A stretch of DNA of 64,000 bases from Candidatus Hydrogenedentota bacterium (GTDB lineage: Bacteria > Hydrogenedentota > Hydrogenedentia > Hydrogenedentales > CAITNO01): NCBI GenBank assembly GCA_018056705.1, contig JAGPFE010000015.1:2701-66700 (forward strand). The letters are read 5' to 3'. Under the pieces are notes generated by a model, which was not told where the DNA came from, made no database searches, and saw only the letters and a list, made by a program, of their open reading frames with translations. Position numbers and translations under genes: made by a program. Every line of letters starts with the position of its first letter. Position 1 is the first letter of the stretch. Below are positions 9,101-19,748 of this stretch, piece after piece.

Positions 9101-9900
9101 GTTCCAGTACCTCCCGACATTCCGGCGCGGCCGGCCCGGTAGAGCGAGGCCCTTTCAAGCACGTTCAGGATTTCCCGCACGGCATTTTCCAGGCCAATGA
9201 ACAGGGCGCGCGCGATAATGTCGTGCCCGATATTGACCTCGTTCAGGTTGGGAATCAGGGCGACTGGCCAGAGGTTTCGGACCGTGAGACCGTGACCGGC
9301 GTTGCACAACATACCCGTTTCGGCTACCCGCGCCGCGGCGTTCCACAACCGGGCCAGTTCCTGGGGCCGGTTATGCTCGTCCGCGTTGGCATAAGCCCCC
9401 GTGTGCAGTTCCACGTAGTCGGCACCTGCTGCCGCCGAGGCTTCCACCTGTCGTGGCTCCGGATCTATGAACAGGCTGACCCGGATACCATGGTCGTGCA
9501 TCCCCGCGATCACGTCCCGCAGGCGATCCAGCCGACCCGCGACGTCGAGTCCCCCTTCGGTCGTGATTTCCTGCCGGTTTTCTGGAACGAGACACACCGT
9601 GTGGGGCCGGAGACGGTGCGCGATGGCAATGATTTCATCCGTTACGCCCATTTCCAGGTTCAGTCGCACCTGGAGTACCCTGGCGAGGGCTTCCACGTCA
9701 TGGTCCTGGATATGACGTCGATCTTCCCGAAGGTGCACCGTTACCTGGTGAGCTCCAGCCTGTTCGCAGCACTTCGCCGCCGCGACTACGTCGGGGCGGG
9801 TACCCTTCCGGGCTTCGCGCAGGGTAGCCACGTGGTCAATGTTCACGCCCAGTTCGATCAGGGACGGCACCGATTGACGATCCTCGGTATGTGTGGCCAT
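9097..9900 (-). CDS. pdxJ: Pyridoxine 5'-phosphate synthase
   Basis: LGVNIDHVATLREARKG, HLREDRRHI and GHGLT motifs of PdxJ. Start taken at the internal Met of MATHTED.... Confidence 0.85.
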   Translation of the reverse strand: MATHTEDRQSVPSLIELGVNIDHVATLREARKGTRPDVVAAAKCCEQAGAHQVTVHLREDRRHIQDHDVEALARVLQVRLNLEMGVTDEIIAIAHRLRPHTVCLVPENRQEITTEGGLDVAGRLDRLRDVIAGMHDHGIRVSLFIDPEPRQVEASAAAGADYVELHTGAYANADEHNRPQELARLWNAAARVAETGMLCNAGHGLTVRNLWPVALIPNLNEVNIGHDIIARALFIGLENAVREILNVLERASLYRAGRAGMSGGTGT

Positions 9901-9945
9901 GAACGCTTCCTCCCATTTAAGCCGCGCTGGCCGCGGTTTCGGCAA

Positions 9946-11334
9946 TCAGGCGGACTCGCTTTCGTGAGCATGTTCCCCGGCTCTTTCATTCAACGTGGCG
10001 AGCAGGAATGCCGTGAATTCATCGGCAAGCCGTTCCGCATGCCGGGGTTCTGGATGTTGCACCATTAAACGGATCACGGGTTCCGTTCCCGACGGACGCG
10101 CGACGACCCGGCCCTGGCCGCCAAGTTTTTCCTCGAATTGGCGCGCGGCTTCCGCGAGCCATGTTTCGGAAAGGGATCCCACGTCGTTTCGGGGGATTTT
10201 GCGGTGCGCCTCCGGCATTTCGCGGTACGCCTGGGCCAGCGCGGAAAGGGGTTTATCCCGTCGGATCATGGTGGCCAGCATCTGGAGGGCGGCGATGAGG
10301 GCGTCGCCCGTGGTGTTGTGTTCCAGCATGACCATGTGACCGGAGGGTTCGCCTCCCAGGGTAAAACCACCCTGTTTCATGGCTTCCACCACGGGCCGGT
10401 CGCCCACGCCGGTGCGGATGACCTGTCCGCCATGTCCGGCCAGGGCTTCCTCTAGGCCACCGTTGGCCATGATGGTGGTGACCACGGTGCGATGGGGTAA
10501 AACGTCCCGTTCGAGCATGTCGATGCCGAGCACCGCCAGGATGGCGTTGCCATCCAGGAGGCGGCCATGTTCGTCCGCCATGGCGATGCGGTCGCCGTCA
10601 CCGTCGAACGCGATGCCCACGTCCGCGCCTTCCCGGATGACCGTGGCCCGCATTTCCGCGGGATATACCGCGCCGCAGGTGTCGTTGATGTTCAGGCCGT
10701 TGGGCTGGTTGCCGATGGCGATGACTTCCGCCCCCAGTTCCGCGAGGGCGTTCGGTCCTGCCTTGTAGGCCGCGCCATTCGCGCAGTCCACCACCACGCG
10801 CAGTCCATCCAGCCGCATGCCCTTGGGAAACGTGGCCTTGGCGAATTCGATGTACCGGCCTACCGCGTCATCGATGCGTTTTGCCGTCCCCACGCCTTCG
10901 CCGGTTGGTCGCCCGTTGTCCAGTTCTTCCGAATACACCAGCCGGGCGATTTCCGCTTCCAGCGAATCGGGAATCTTGTAACCGTCCGCCCCGAAAATCT
11001 TGATGCCGTTGTCGTGGAAAGGATTGTGAGAGGCGGAGATCATGATGGCCCCATCGCACCGGAGACTGCGCATGATATAGGAAACGCCGGGCGTGGGAAG
11101 TGGACCGGTCAGCAGGACCCGCCCACCCATCGAGCACAGGCCGGCGGTCAGGGCGTTTTCGATCATGTAGCAGGAACGCCGGGTGTCCTTGCCGATCAGG
11201 AAGGTTTGGCTTTTTCCGGATTTACCGAACACGTAGGCTACCGCGCAACCCACCCGCAGGGCGAGTTCCGCCGTCATGGGATGGCGATTGGCCAGTCCCC
11301 TTATGCCATCGGTGCCGAAAAGCCGTTCATTCAT
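9946..11334 (-). CDS. glmM: Phosphoglucosamine mutase
   Basis: MNERLFGTDGIRG..., SASHNPFHDNGIK phosphoserine loop, GDGDR magnesium loop. Confidence 0.9.
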   Translation of the reverse strand: MNERLFGTDGIRGLANRHPMTAELALRVGCAVAYVFGKSGKSQTFLIGKDTRRSCYMIENALTAGLCSMGGRVLLTGPLPTPGVSYIMRSLRCDGAIMISASHNPFHDNGIKIFGADGYKIPDSLEAEIARLVYSEELDNGRPTGEGVGTAKRIDDAVGRYIEFAKATFPKGMRLDGLRVVVDCANGAAYKAGPNALAELGAEVIAIGNQPNGLNINDTCGAVYPAEMRATVIREGADVGIAFDGDGDRIAMADEHGRLLDGNAILAVLGIDMLERDVLPHRTVVTTIMANGGLEEALAGHGGQVIRTGVGDRPVVEAMKQGGFTLGGEPSGHMVMLEHNTTGDALIAALQMLATMIRRDKPLSALAQAYREMPEAHRKIPRNDVGSLSETWLAEAARQFEEKLGGQGRVVARPSGTEPVIRLMVQHPEPRHAERLADEFTAFLLATLNERAGEHAHESESA

Positions 11335-12170
11335 GTCTCCGCTACCCTCCCGCGACGTATGGCGTCCGCCACCCGGGCCACCCGGGCCGTCATCCGTACG
11401 TCGTGAACCCGCACACAGTGTACGCCTTTGGCGATCGCGTACGCTACCACGGCCATGTTTCCCTCGGCCCGGTCGTTGACCTCGGCGTTGAGTATCACGC
11501 CCAGGGTGGACTTGTTCGAGGCGCCCAGTAAAATCGGCCGGCCGAACCGCAGAAACGCGTCCAGCCGCCGCACCAGTTCCAGGTTGTGATCGGCGGTTTT
11601 GCCAAAACCGAAGCCCGGGTCGAGCCAGACGCGTTCTTCAGCGATGCCGACACGCGTGGCAAAGGTGAGCCGCTCCTCAAAAAAACGCAGGATCTCCTCC
11701 ACCACGTCGTCGTAATGGGGGTTGACCTGCATGGTTTTCGGCGTGCCCCGCATGTGCATGATGACGCAGTGACATCCCGCCGCGGCGATCACCTCGGCCA
11801 TCAGCGGGTCACCGCGCAGGCCCGTGATATCGTTGATCATGACCGCGCCGGCCGCCAGGGCTTTTTCCGCCGTGGAGGCCCGCCAGGTGTCCACGGAAAT
11901 CGCCAATCCCCGTTCTGCAAGCGATGCCACCACCGGTAACACCCGCCGCTGTTCTTCCGCTTCACTTACCGGTTCCGATCCGGGCCTGGAGGACTCGCCG
12001 CCCACGTCGATGATGTCCGCCCCCTCATCGGCCAGGCGCAGTCCATGCGCAACGGCCGCGTCCAGGCTGGTCCACCGCCCGCCATCGTAAAACGAGTCGG
12101 GCGTGGTATTCAGAATTCCCATGATCAGGGTGCGACGAGTGTTGTCAGCAGCAGGAAGAGCCGGTTTCAT
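11331..12170 (-). CDS. folP: Dihydropteroate synthase
   Basis: ILNTTPDSFYDGG, DIIDVGGESSRPG. Conserved ftsH-folP-glmM order. Confidence 0.9.
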   Translation of the reverse strand: MKPALPAADNTRRTLIMGILNTTPDSFYDGGRWTSLDAAVAHGLRLADEGADIIDVGGESSRPGSEPVSEAEEQRRVLPVVASLAERGLAISVDTWRASTAEKALAAGAVMINDITGLRGDPLMAEVIAAAGCHCVIMHMRGTPKTMQVNPHYDDVVEEILRFFEERLTFATRVGIAEERVWLDPGFGFGKTADHNLELVRRLDAFLRFGRPILLGASNKSTLGVILNAEVNDRAEGNMAVVAYAIAKGVHCVRVHDVRMTARVARVADAIRRGRVAET

Positions 12171-12230
12171 GCCTGTAACCCAGCCGGTTAGCGCGTGGTC
12201 TGGACCGGACCCGGAAAAACAGAGACCATG

Positions 12231-14201
12231 TCAGGCCGGAGATTCTCCCGGGGCCAGCGTGGGGGGAACCGGTATCGGGTCCGCCGCGGACGGTTCCACT
12301 TGGGCCACGGGGGGATTGGAGGCCACCGGTTTAAGGTCCGGTTTCGGATGATCGTCGCGGTGACGATGAGCCAACAGTTCATCCCCGGCCACGCGGCGGA
12401 TAATCTCTTCCACTTCCTCTTTCACCAGCGTCTCTTTTTCATACAGGGCCTCGGCGATGGCCCGCAGCACGGGCTCGTGCCGTTTCAGCAGTTCCCGGGC
12501 GTCTTCGTAGGCCTCCTGGCAGATTTTGTGGATTTCCTTGTCTACCGCCGACGCGGTTTCTTCGCTGAAATCACGCATCCGCGCGAAATCGCGGCCCAGG
12601 AAAACCTCTCCCTCGGTGCCGAAGGTGATCGGTCCCAGGTCGCTCATGCCCCATTCGCAGACCATTTTGTGCGCCAGCTTGGTGGCCCGTTCGAGGTCGT
12701 TGGCCGCCCCGCTGTTGAACTCGCCAAAAATGACCTCCTCGGCGGCCCGTCCCCCCATGATCATCCGGATCGTCGCGAGGCAATAGGACCGGGAGATACT
12801 GTAGCGATCTTCTTCGGGCAGCGCGCTCGTCACGCCCAGGGCCCGACCCCGGGGAATGATCGTCACCTTGTGAATGGGATCCGCCTCGGGCAGCAGCATG
12901 GCGATCAGCGTGTGTCCCGCCTCGTGGTACGCCGTGGCCAGTTTATCCTTGGGGCTCATGGAAATGGACCGCCGCGCGGGGCCCATCAGGACCTTGTCCT
13001 TGGCGTCTTCGAAATCGGCCATGGTCACGTTTTCCGACCCCCGCCGCGCCGCCAGCAGGGCCGCCTCGTTCACCATGTTCGCCAGGTCCGCGCCGGAAAA
13101 CCCCGGTGTCCCCCGGGCAAGCACTTCGAAATCCACGTCCGGGGCCAGGGGGATCTTCTGGTTGCGCACATGAATCTCCAGGATTTCCCGGCGTCCCCTG
13201 ATATCGGGATTCGGCACCACGATCTGCCGGTCGAAACGGCCTGGACGTAACAGGGCCTGGTCCAACACGTCCGGCCGGTTGGTGGCCGCCATGAGGATCA
13301 CGCCATCATTGGTATTGAAGCCGTCCATTTCCACCAGCAACTGGTTCAGGGTCTGTTCCCGCTCATCGTGACCGCCCCCCAGGCCCGCGCCCCGTTGGCG
13401 GCCGACCGCGTCGATTTCATCGATAAAGATGATGCAGGGCGCGTGGCGGTGCCCCTGCTGAAACAGGTCGCGCACGCGACTGGCGCCCACGCCCACGAAC
13501 ATTTCCACGAAATCCGATCCGCTGATGCTGAAAAAAGGCACGTTCGCCTCGCCGGCCACGGCCCGGGCCAGCAGGGTTTTTCCGCATCCCGGGGAACCAA
13601 CCAGCAGTACGCCCCGGGGAATCTTGCCGCCCAGCCGGGTGAATTTCTTGGGATCCTTCAGGAATTCCACGATTTCCTGCAGTTCCTCTTTGGCTTCATC
13701 CACCCCGGCTACGTCCTTGAAGGTCACCGTCTTGTTGCTCTGGTTCATCAGGCGCGCCCGGCTTTTGCCGAAGGACAGGGCCTTGTTGCCACCCGCCTGC
13801 ATCTGGCGCAGGAAAATGAACCAGAACAGCCCCAGCACCAGGATTACCGGCAACACGTTGATCAGGATGGCCTTGAACAGGTCATTGGTCACGTCGAACG
13901 AGTAAGAAGCGCCCTGGGAGGTCAGCGCGGTCTTCCATTCCTCCCGGAACGTGTCGGTCTTGAAGGTCATACCCTCCCGGCCGTCTACCCGGTTTTTGAA
14001 CTTGACCTGGACTTCAAAAAGCCGGTTCCCGAGTTCCTTGACGGATACGGCGTCGATGTTTTCGGCCTGCAACTGGGCGATGAAATCCGCCTCCCCAAGC
14101 GGACGTTTCCCTTGCGGCACGTTGGTAAAACTGATCAGCGCCAGGATGACAATCAGAAACAACACAATCCATAGCGCCACGTTTTTCATCAGGGTATTCA
14201 T
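12231..14201 (-). CDS. ftsH: ATP-dependent zinc metalloprotease FtsH
   Basis: Two N-terminal TM segments. AAA Walker [14 protein letters not shown] zinc motif. Confidence 0.95.
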   Translation of the reverse strand: MNTLMKNVALWIVLFLIVILALISFTNVPQGKRPLGEADFIAQLQAENIDAVSVKELGNRLFEVQVKFKNRVDGREGMTFKTDTFREEWKTALTSQGASYSFDVTNDLFKAILINVLPVILVLGLFWFIFLRQMQAGGNKALSFGKSRARLMNQSNKTVTFKDVAGVDEAKEELQEIVEFLKDPKKFTRLGGKIPRGVLLVGSPGCGKTLLARAVAGEANVPFFSISGSDFVEMFVGVGASRVRDLFQQGHRHAPCIIFIDEIDAVGRQRGAGLGGGHDEREQTLNQLLVEMDGFNTNDGVILMAATNRPDVLDQALLRPGRFDRQIVVPNPDIRGRREILEIHVRNQKIPLAPDVDFEVLARGTPGFSGADLANMVNEAALLAARRGSENVTMADFEDAKDKVLMGPARRSISMSPKDKLATAYHEAGHTLIAMLLPEADPIHKVTIIPRGRALGVTSALPEEDRYSISRSYCLATIRMIMGGRAAEEVIFGEFNSGAANDLERATKLAHKMVCEWGMSDLGPITFGTEGEVFLGRDFARMRDFSEETASAVDKEIHKICQEAYEDARELLKRHEPVLRAIAEALYEKETLVKEEVEEIIRRVAGDELLAHRHRDDHPKPDLKPVASNPPVAQVEPSAADPIPVPPTLAPGESPA

Positions 14202-14330
14202 GGGTGAGCGAAAAGATCCTCAATGTCAGGTCGATAATCAGGTTTTCATCATACCATACATAAAAAGGATGGGGATAATTCCGGTTGGTCCATCCTGGGC
14301 AAGGAGCAGTTTTCACCACATGTTTTGGTG

Positions 14331-15647
14331 TTACCCGGATGGGGGCCGCCTGGGGCCTCGCCAGGCGGAACGGTTATACACCTTTTTCCCGGCCATCACG
14401 CCGCCGCTACCCAGCAACGCGATTACGCCAAGGCCCAGGCCCACGGCCAGCCAGTCGATGGACTGCGACGGAGGAAGCGTGGGACCGGTCAACGAAACCG
14501 GGCCCTTTCCGGATGGCGGGGATTCCCGGGCCTGCCCTTCTTCCTCCTCGATGGCCCGCAGGATATCTGCCCGCACGGCTTCCGGATCCACTTCAGGTCG
14601 GGGAGGGAAAGGACGCGAAGCTTCCGGGGGCAGAGCCGCGCGTTGTTCCGGGGAAAGACCGACCGTGACTACCCGCGAACCCGGGGTGGCCTGGCCGGTC
14701 ATGGGACGTAACGCGTCCAGGGAGGGAAGTTCCGGCAGGGAGGATTGCTCTGAGGCGGGATCCTTCCCGTCCGAAACCGGGGCCGGGGGCTGATCCGTGC
14801 TGTTCAGCGGGCGCTGTTCACCAGGCGGAGTGTTCGAAGATGGGTTGTGGCGGATGCCTTCCACGGGAGGAGGCAACAGACTGGCACTGCCTGGCCGTCG
14901 CGCGGGTGGTGTGGGCGTGCCCGATGAACCATTGGTTTCGGTGACGATAACCGTTCGCGTGGTGGTGACCGGTGGTTGTCCAGTTAACGCAAGCCGGTAT
15001 TCCAGGGTGTAGGTACCCGGGGCTTCGGTGTTGACGGTCCCAGATACCGTTACCTGGGAGGTGACGTCCTGTCCTCGGCCGTCCGTGGCGGTATATCCTG
15101 GTTCACTCCAGGGGGTGCCCGCGGGAATTTCAACCGGGTTATCTCCCAGGAGCGTCAGGACGGGCGGATTTTCCGGACCATTGACCGATGTGACCACCGG
15201 TGGGGCATACTGGGGTCCCCCCAGGAGCCGATATTCCACCGCGCCGTGAAAGAACCGCTGTCCCGTGGCGTCGGCCGGGGGCCGAACCGTGTAGGCCAGG
15301 GTATAAGGGAAAGTGGTTGGAGGATCGATCCACGCGAATTCCAGCGTGCCTGTCGAGCCGGCAGGGGGTACCACGGCCGGTGGGGGCGCGTCGGCCTGGA
15401 TCAGGCCCATAAATTCCCATCCCTCGGGGATGGTTTCCCGGACGCCCAGCGCCTTGAGGTCACGTGCGTCCATGCCGTCCAGGACCAGGGAGCAGGAAAA
15501 AGGCTGTTCAGGCTGGTAGGTGTCGGAATGCGCCCGGCGCAGGGTTATGGCCGCCGGGTTGACCTGCAGTCCCTGGGCGATGGCCAGCCGCGCCATGAGC
15601 ATTTCCATGATGACGGCCAGCAGAAGCAACGCCGCGCGTGACGCCAT
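14331..15647 (-). CDS. Secreted, C-terminally membrane-anchored protein with bacterial Ig-like domain and Pro-rich linker
   Basis: Start placed at MASRAALLLLAVIMEMLMARLAIAQG (signal peptide), just after the upstream glycosyltransferase stop. Ig-like segment DVTSQVTVSGTVNTEAPGTYTLEYRL. Pro/Ser-rich spacer. C-terminal hydrophobic helix IDWLAVGLGLGVIALLGSGGV followed by KK. Confidence 0.5.
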   Translation of the reverse strand: MASRAALLLLAVIMEMLMARLAIAQGLQVNPAAITLRRAHSDTYQPEQPFSCSLVLDGMDARDLKALGVRETIPEGWEFMGLIQADAPPPAVVPPAGSTGTLEFAWIDPPTTFPYTLAYTVRPPADATGQRFFHGAVEYRLLGGPQYAPPVVTSVNGPENPPVLTLLGDNPVEIPAGTPWSEPGYTATDGRGQDVTSQVTVSGTVNTEAPGTYTLEYRLALTGQPPVTTTRTVIVTETNGSSGTPTPPARRPGSASLLPPPVEGIRHNPSSNTPPGEQRPLNSTDQPPAPVSDGKDPASEQSSLPELPSLDALRPMTGQATPGSRVVTVGLSPEQRAALPPEASRPFPPRPEVDPEAVRADILRAIEEEEGQARESPPSGKGPVSLTGPTLPPSQSIDWLAVGLGLGVIALLGSGGVMAGKKVYNRSAWRGPRRPPSG

Positions 15648-15759
15648 TCGGGTGTTACCGGTGATTCGCGACAATACAGGCATTCCCATCCGCAAGGGTA
15701 ACGTTCCGGCGACCGGGAACGTTGACCCGGCGCACCAGTAAGGTCCGCGCTGGAACGGC

Positions 15760-16554
15760 TTACTCAATACGTGGAGCCTCCGGGGAGACGTTCCGGTATC
15801 GGCGGGCGGCCCGGACAAGTTCCGCCAGCACCCGGAACGAATCCACGCCTTTTCGGAAATGGGAAGAACGGTTCCCCGACTCATACCGGGTAGAAACCGG
15901 AATCTCCCGCACCCGGTATCCACCCAGGATAGCCAGCGCGAGCATGGCGGTTTCTGTTTCGTAGCGTCCTCCGGGAATCGCTTCCAGGACGGCCCGGGCA
16001 AACCGGGGGGACAGGGCCCGATACCCGCACTGGGTATCATGAATCCAGCGACCCAGGAACAGCCATGCCAACAGGCTGGTGACCCGGTTCCCCAGCCAGC
16101 TGGCGAAAGGAATTCGAAAAAATCGGAAATCCCGCTGCCCAATGGCGAGGTCCGCGCCTTCTTCAGTTACGGCCGCTACCAGGGATACCAGGTTGGCCGC
16201 GTCGTGCTGTCCGTCGGCGTCCATCAGTACCACTACGGCGGGAGCAACGGGACCGTTCAGCGCGGCCTCCATGCCGGCCAACAGGGCATGTCCCTTGCCC
16301 CGGTTGGTGTCGAACCGAACCAGGCGGATGTTCCCCGTGTTCCCGATCTCCGTCGATCCATCCGTGGACCCGTCGTCTACCACGATGATGACTACGCCGA
16401 AGGACCGCAACGTGTCCAGAACAGGTCGCAATCGGGCCCCGGCATTGTAACAGGGGATGATTACCGCCACGTCCTTCACGGAGGGCTGGCGCGTCTGGTC
16501 ATTTTCAGTGGTCATGGAGGCATCATAACCGACTCGAGTAATCGTTGATACCAT
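15760..16554 (-). CDS. Family 2 glycosyltransferase (polyprenyl-phosphate sugar transferase, GtrB/DPM1-like)
   Basis: VAVIIPCYNAG, VVDDGSTDGS and DADGQHD are GT-A DxD-type motifs. Alternative starts exist up to 16602. Confidence 0.75.
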   Translation of the reverse strand: MVSTITRVGYDASMTTENDQTRQPSVKDVAVIIPCYNAGARLRPVLDTLRSFGVVIIVVDDGSTDGSTEIGNTGNIRLVRFDTNRGKGHALLAGMEAALNGPVAPAVVVLMDADGQHDAANLVSLVAAVTEEGADLAIGQRDFRFFRIPFASWLGNRVTSLLAWLFLGRWIHDTQCGYRALSPRFARAVLEAIPGGRYETETAMLALAILGGYRVREIPVSTRYESGNRSSHFRKGVDSFRVLAELVRAARRYRNVSPEAPRIE

Positions 16555-16641
16555 GATATCACTCGAGCGGTTCTTGCGCGGCAACCCCCATTCCTGATAC
16601 ACTTTACCCCCATGTTTTAATGCTCTTTAGAGGATAGCATC

Positions 16642-19083
16642 ATGGATCAGCGCCAGATTCAGCGGATCGCTGAACGTGCCGGAATAACAGTGTCCCAGGC
16701 GGAGGCGGCAGTTGCCCTTCTCAGGGAAGATTACTCCATCCCCTTCATCGCGCGGTGGCGAAAGGATGTTACGGGGAATCTGAACGAACATACCCTGGAA
16801 CATGTCCGGCTTCTGATGCGCCAGGAGATCGCCCTGGATAATCGCCGCAAAAGCGCGCTGGAGAAACTCTCCCAAGCCGGTAACCACGATTCCATCCTGG
16901 CGGAGGCCATAGCCGCGTGCGACGATCCCCTCGAACTGGACGATCTTTGTATTCCTCTTCGCCGCGAAAAACGCAGGCGGCCCATGTCGGTGTCCCCCAA
17001 GGATTTCGAGCCGCTGGCGGATTACCTGTGGGAACAGGAATGCAAACCGGGGCCACTGGACTTTTTCGCCGAGGAATTCATCCGTCAGCCGTCTATCATC
17101 GGGAAGGTATTGTCTCCCGAGGAAGCGATTTTGCGCGCCCGGCACATTCTCGCGGAACGGCTCGCGGAGATGCCTGAAGTCCGAAAGATCGCGCGCGACA
17201 AGATTGCCGAGACGGCCGTGCTCAAGGTGCACGCCACCCGCTACGAGGGCCATCAGAAGGAACGTTACGCGTCTTACGCGGGCCTGGAAAAGCCGCTCTC
17301 GGAAGTGAATCCTGAAGTGTTGCTGGCGGTATCCCGGGCCGACAAGATCGGCGCGCTGCGTTGCGAACTCGTTTTCGACGAGGAAGGCATCCGGAAAACC
17401 CTGGCCGATCGTTACGTTAAGCAGCCGGGATCTTCCTTCGAAGTGGATATCGTGGAAGCCCTGCGGGACGCGCTTCGGCAGATTCTGCCCGAACTGGAAC
17501 TGCAGATCCTGCAGCGGGCCCGGGAACACGCGGAAACCCAGTTAATTGCCGCCCTGCAGCGCCAGGCGGAGTCCGTGCTCATGACCATCCCTGTCGGACC
17601 GGTGCCGGTGTGCGCCCTGCTTCCCTTCAAGGAAGGCGCCATTGCCTGGGCGGCATTGGACGCGTCCGGCCAGGTGCTTCAGTGGGGAACAGGGTCCCTG
17701 GGAGACGAAAACCAGGCGTGGCTGGCGGAAATGCCGGAAGTGTGCAGGAAACATAATATCCGCGCGCTCGTGGTAGGCAGTAGTCGCGCGAGTTACAGGG
17801 TGGGGGACCAGGTCATGGCGGTTTTTCGGACGGCCAGGCGTCTGGCGCAACTGGTCCGGATTCCCGAGGTCGGACTGACCGCCTACGCCGCGGACGCCAC
17901 GTGTGCCGAGCGGTACCCCGATCTTGACCTGCACGCCCGGGCCGCGGTCTGCCTGGGACGGCGCGCCCAGGATCCCCTCCGCGAGTTGCTGCGGATGGAT
18001 CCCAAGTTACTGGTGCCAGCCTCGGTTATGGGACTGGTGAACATCAAGCGCCTGCAGGATGCCCTGTTCGATGTCATGTCGTGGTGTGTCTGCCGGGTGG
18101 GGATGGATCCGGCCACGGCAGAACCCGAACTGTTGCGGTATCTTTTCGGCCAGATGGGCGTGGCCCAGGAACTGATCACCTTCCGGGAACGGGAGGGTGG
18201 TATTCGCTCCCGCGAACAGTTGAAGCAGGTTTCGGGCATTGGTGAAAAGACCTGGTGCAACACCGTCGGTTTTCTAAGGGTGACGGGATCTGCCGAACCG
18301 CTCGATGGTACTCGGATTCACCCCGAAGCGTACGCCCCCGTGCGGGAAGCCCTGGAGAACGCGGAGATCCGTTTCACCGGCGCGCCCATACCGGAAGAGC
18401 AAATCGCGGCCGCGCGGTTTGATTCGGATGATCCTCGATTCGGTCCGCTCACGCGCGAGGACTGGAAACGGGAACTCGTCGAGCCCTTCGCGGATCCCCG
18501 TGGACGGATAAAGCTCATCGAGCCCAGGCGCCGGGAACCTGAACCCATCAAGGTCAATGAAGGGGACATCGTGGAAGGCAAGGTGACGAATATTACCGAG
18601 TTCGGTGTGTTTGTCAATTTCGGTTCTCGTAAGGAAGGCCTTATCCATCTTTCGGAATTGTCCACTCACTACGTGAGCGATCCCCATGAACTGCTCTCGG
18701 TGGGACAGCAGGTTCGGGCCAAGGTAATCAAGGTGGAGCGGGAGGCGGGGCGGATCAGCCTGTCTCTTCGGGCGCTGGAACCCAGGCCGGAAAGACCAGT
18801 ATCAAGCCGGGGCCCGGAACGGCCGGCAGGGGATGTCCCCGGTAGGGGAGCACGCCCTGAAGGTCTTGATTCGGAACACCGTGAACGATCCCACCGGCGG
18901 GATAACCGCCCGGAAAAATCCAGCGCGCCGCGGGACAACCAGGATCGTCCAATGCGCGGCAAGTCCGGCCATATCACCACGGATAACGTGCTCGCGGATC
19001 AACTTGCCGGACTAAAGGCGGCTTTGCTGGGATTGAATCCCGACAAGGGCGACCAGGCCGCTGGCAAGGAAGCGGATTCATGA
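16642..19083 (+). CDS. tex: Transcription accessory protein Tex (YqgF/HhH/S1 domains) with Arg/Ser/Asp-rich C-terminal tail
   Basis: 813 aa. C-terminal S1 domain EGKVTNITEFGVFVNFGSRKEGLIHLSEL. Then a low-complexity tail RPERPVSSRGPERPAG...HRERSHRRDNRPEK. Confidence 0.9.
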   Translation: MDQRQIQRIAERAGITVSQAEAAVALLREDYSIPFIARWRKDVTGNLNEHTLEHVRLLMRQEIALDNRRKSALEKLSQAGNHDSILAEAIAACDDPLELDDLCIPLRREKRRRPMSVSPKDFEPLADYLWEQECKPGPLDFFAEEFIRQPSIIGKVLSPEEAILRARHILAERLAEMPEVRKIARDKIAETAVLKVHATRYEGHQKERYASYAGLEKPLSEVNPEVLLAVSRADKIGALRCELVFDEEGIRKTLADRYVKQPGSSFEVDIVEALRDALRQILPELELQILQRAREHAETQLIAALQRQAESVLMTIPVGPVPVCALLPFKEGAIAWAALDASGQVLQWGTGSLGDENQAWLAEMPEVCRKHNIRALVVGSSRASYRVGDQVMAVFRTARRLAQLVRIPEVGLTAYAADATCAERYPDLDLHARAAVCLGRRAQDPLRELLRMDPKLLVPASVMGLVNIKRLQDALFDVMSWCVCRVGMDPATAEPELLRYLFGQMGVAQELITFREREGGIRSREQLKQVSGIGEKTWCNTVGFLRVTGSAEPLDGTRIHPEAYAPVREALENAEIRFTGAPIPEEQIAAARFDSDDPRFGPLTREDWKRELVEPFADPRGRIKLIEPRRREPEPIKVNEGDIVEGKVTNITEFGVFVNFGSRKEGLIHLSELSTHYVSDPHELLSVGQQVRAKVIKVEREAGRISLSLRALEPRPERPVSSRGPERPAGDVPGRGARPEGLDSEHRERSHRRDNRPEKSSAPRDNQDRPMRGKSGHITTDNVLADQLAGLKAALLGLNPDKGDQAAGKEADS

Positions 19084-19098
19084 TACGTTGTTTTCAGG

Positions 19099-19551
19099 GT
19101 GAATCGGAAACGGAAAGTGAAAGGAGATCCGGCTGTGGCTCCCGAACGTAAAACGGAACGTAAATCCCCCCGACTGAGCAAGACGGACCTGAAGATGTTT
19201 GAAAAGATGCTGCTTGAGGAACGGGCCCGATTGATGCAGACCCTTCGAGGCCTGTCGGAGGAAAGCCAGAGTTCCGATGCGGAGGGACTGACCGGTGACG
19301 GCGACGACGGAGCTGACCGGCATTCCGATTCGTTTGGTATCGAGACGGCCCTGAGCCTGATGGGACGCGAAGCGGCCCGGTTGCGGGAAATCGAAGAAGC
19401 GCTGGAACGTATCCGGAAGGGGACCTACGGGATTTGCGAAGGCAGCGGTAAGCCCATTCCCATTGAACGCCTCAAGGTAATGCCTACCGCGCGTTACACC
19501 CGGGAATACCAGGAAAAACTGGAACAGGAACAGCAGCGCTACCATTACTGA
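19099..19551 (+). CDS. DksA/TraR-family protein lacking the Cys4 zinc finger
   Basis: 150 aa. Coiled-coil with acidic tip (DAEGLTGDGDDGAD). C-terminal region has a single Cys (GICEGSGKPI) where DksA normally has C-x2-C...C-x2-C. Confidence 0.55.
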   Translation: MNRKRKVKGDPAVAPERKTERKSPRLSKTDLKMFEKMLLEERARLMQTLRGLSEESQSSDAEGLTGDGDDGADRHSDSFGIETALSLMGREAARLREIEEALERIRKGTYGICEGSGKPIPIERLKVMPTARYTREYQEKLEQEQQRYHY

Positions 19552-19748
19552 TTTTTACCGTTTGTATCCTGTAAAGGGAGTTATTTTTAAGAATCAAACC
19601 AGTTTTTCTTGAAATAATGATAAAAACGATTTCCTATTCGTGATTCCGTGAAAAATTGATCTTCTTATCCTGATATTGCTATACTTCCCATTGATCCACG
19701 TTTTTCAATTTTTACCATAAAGGCAGGTTCGGTCATGGGAGGTCTGGC

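Noticed and set aside
16627-17529. 300-aa minus-strand ORF upstream of the glycosyltransferase
   Set aside because: Entirely antisense to the 5' part of tex, whose identity is secure. No independent support.
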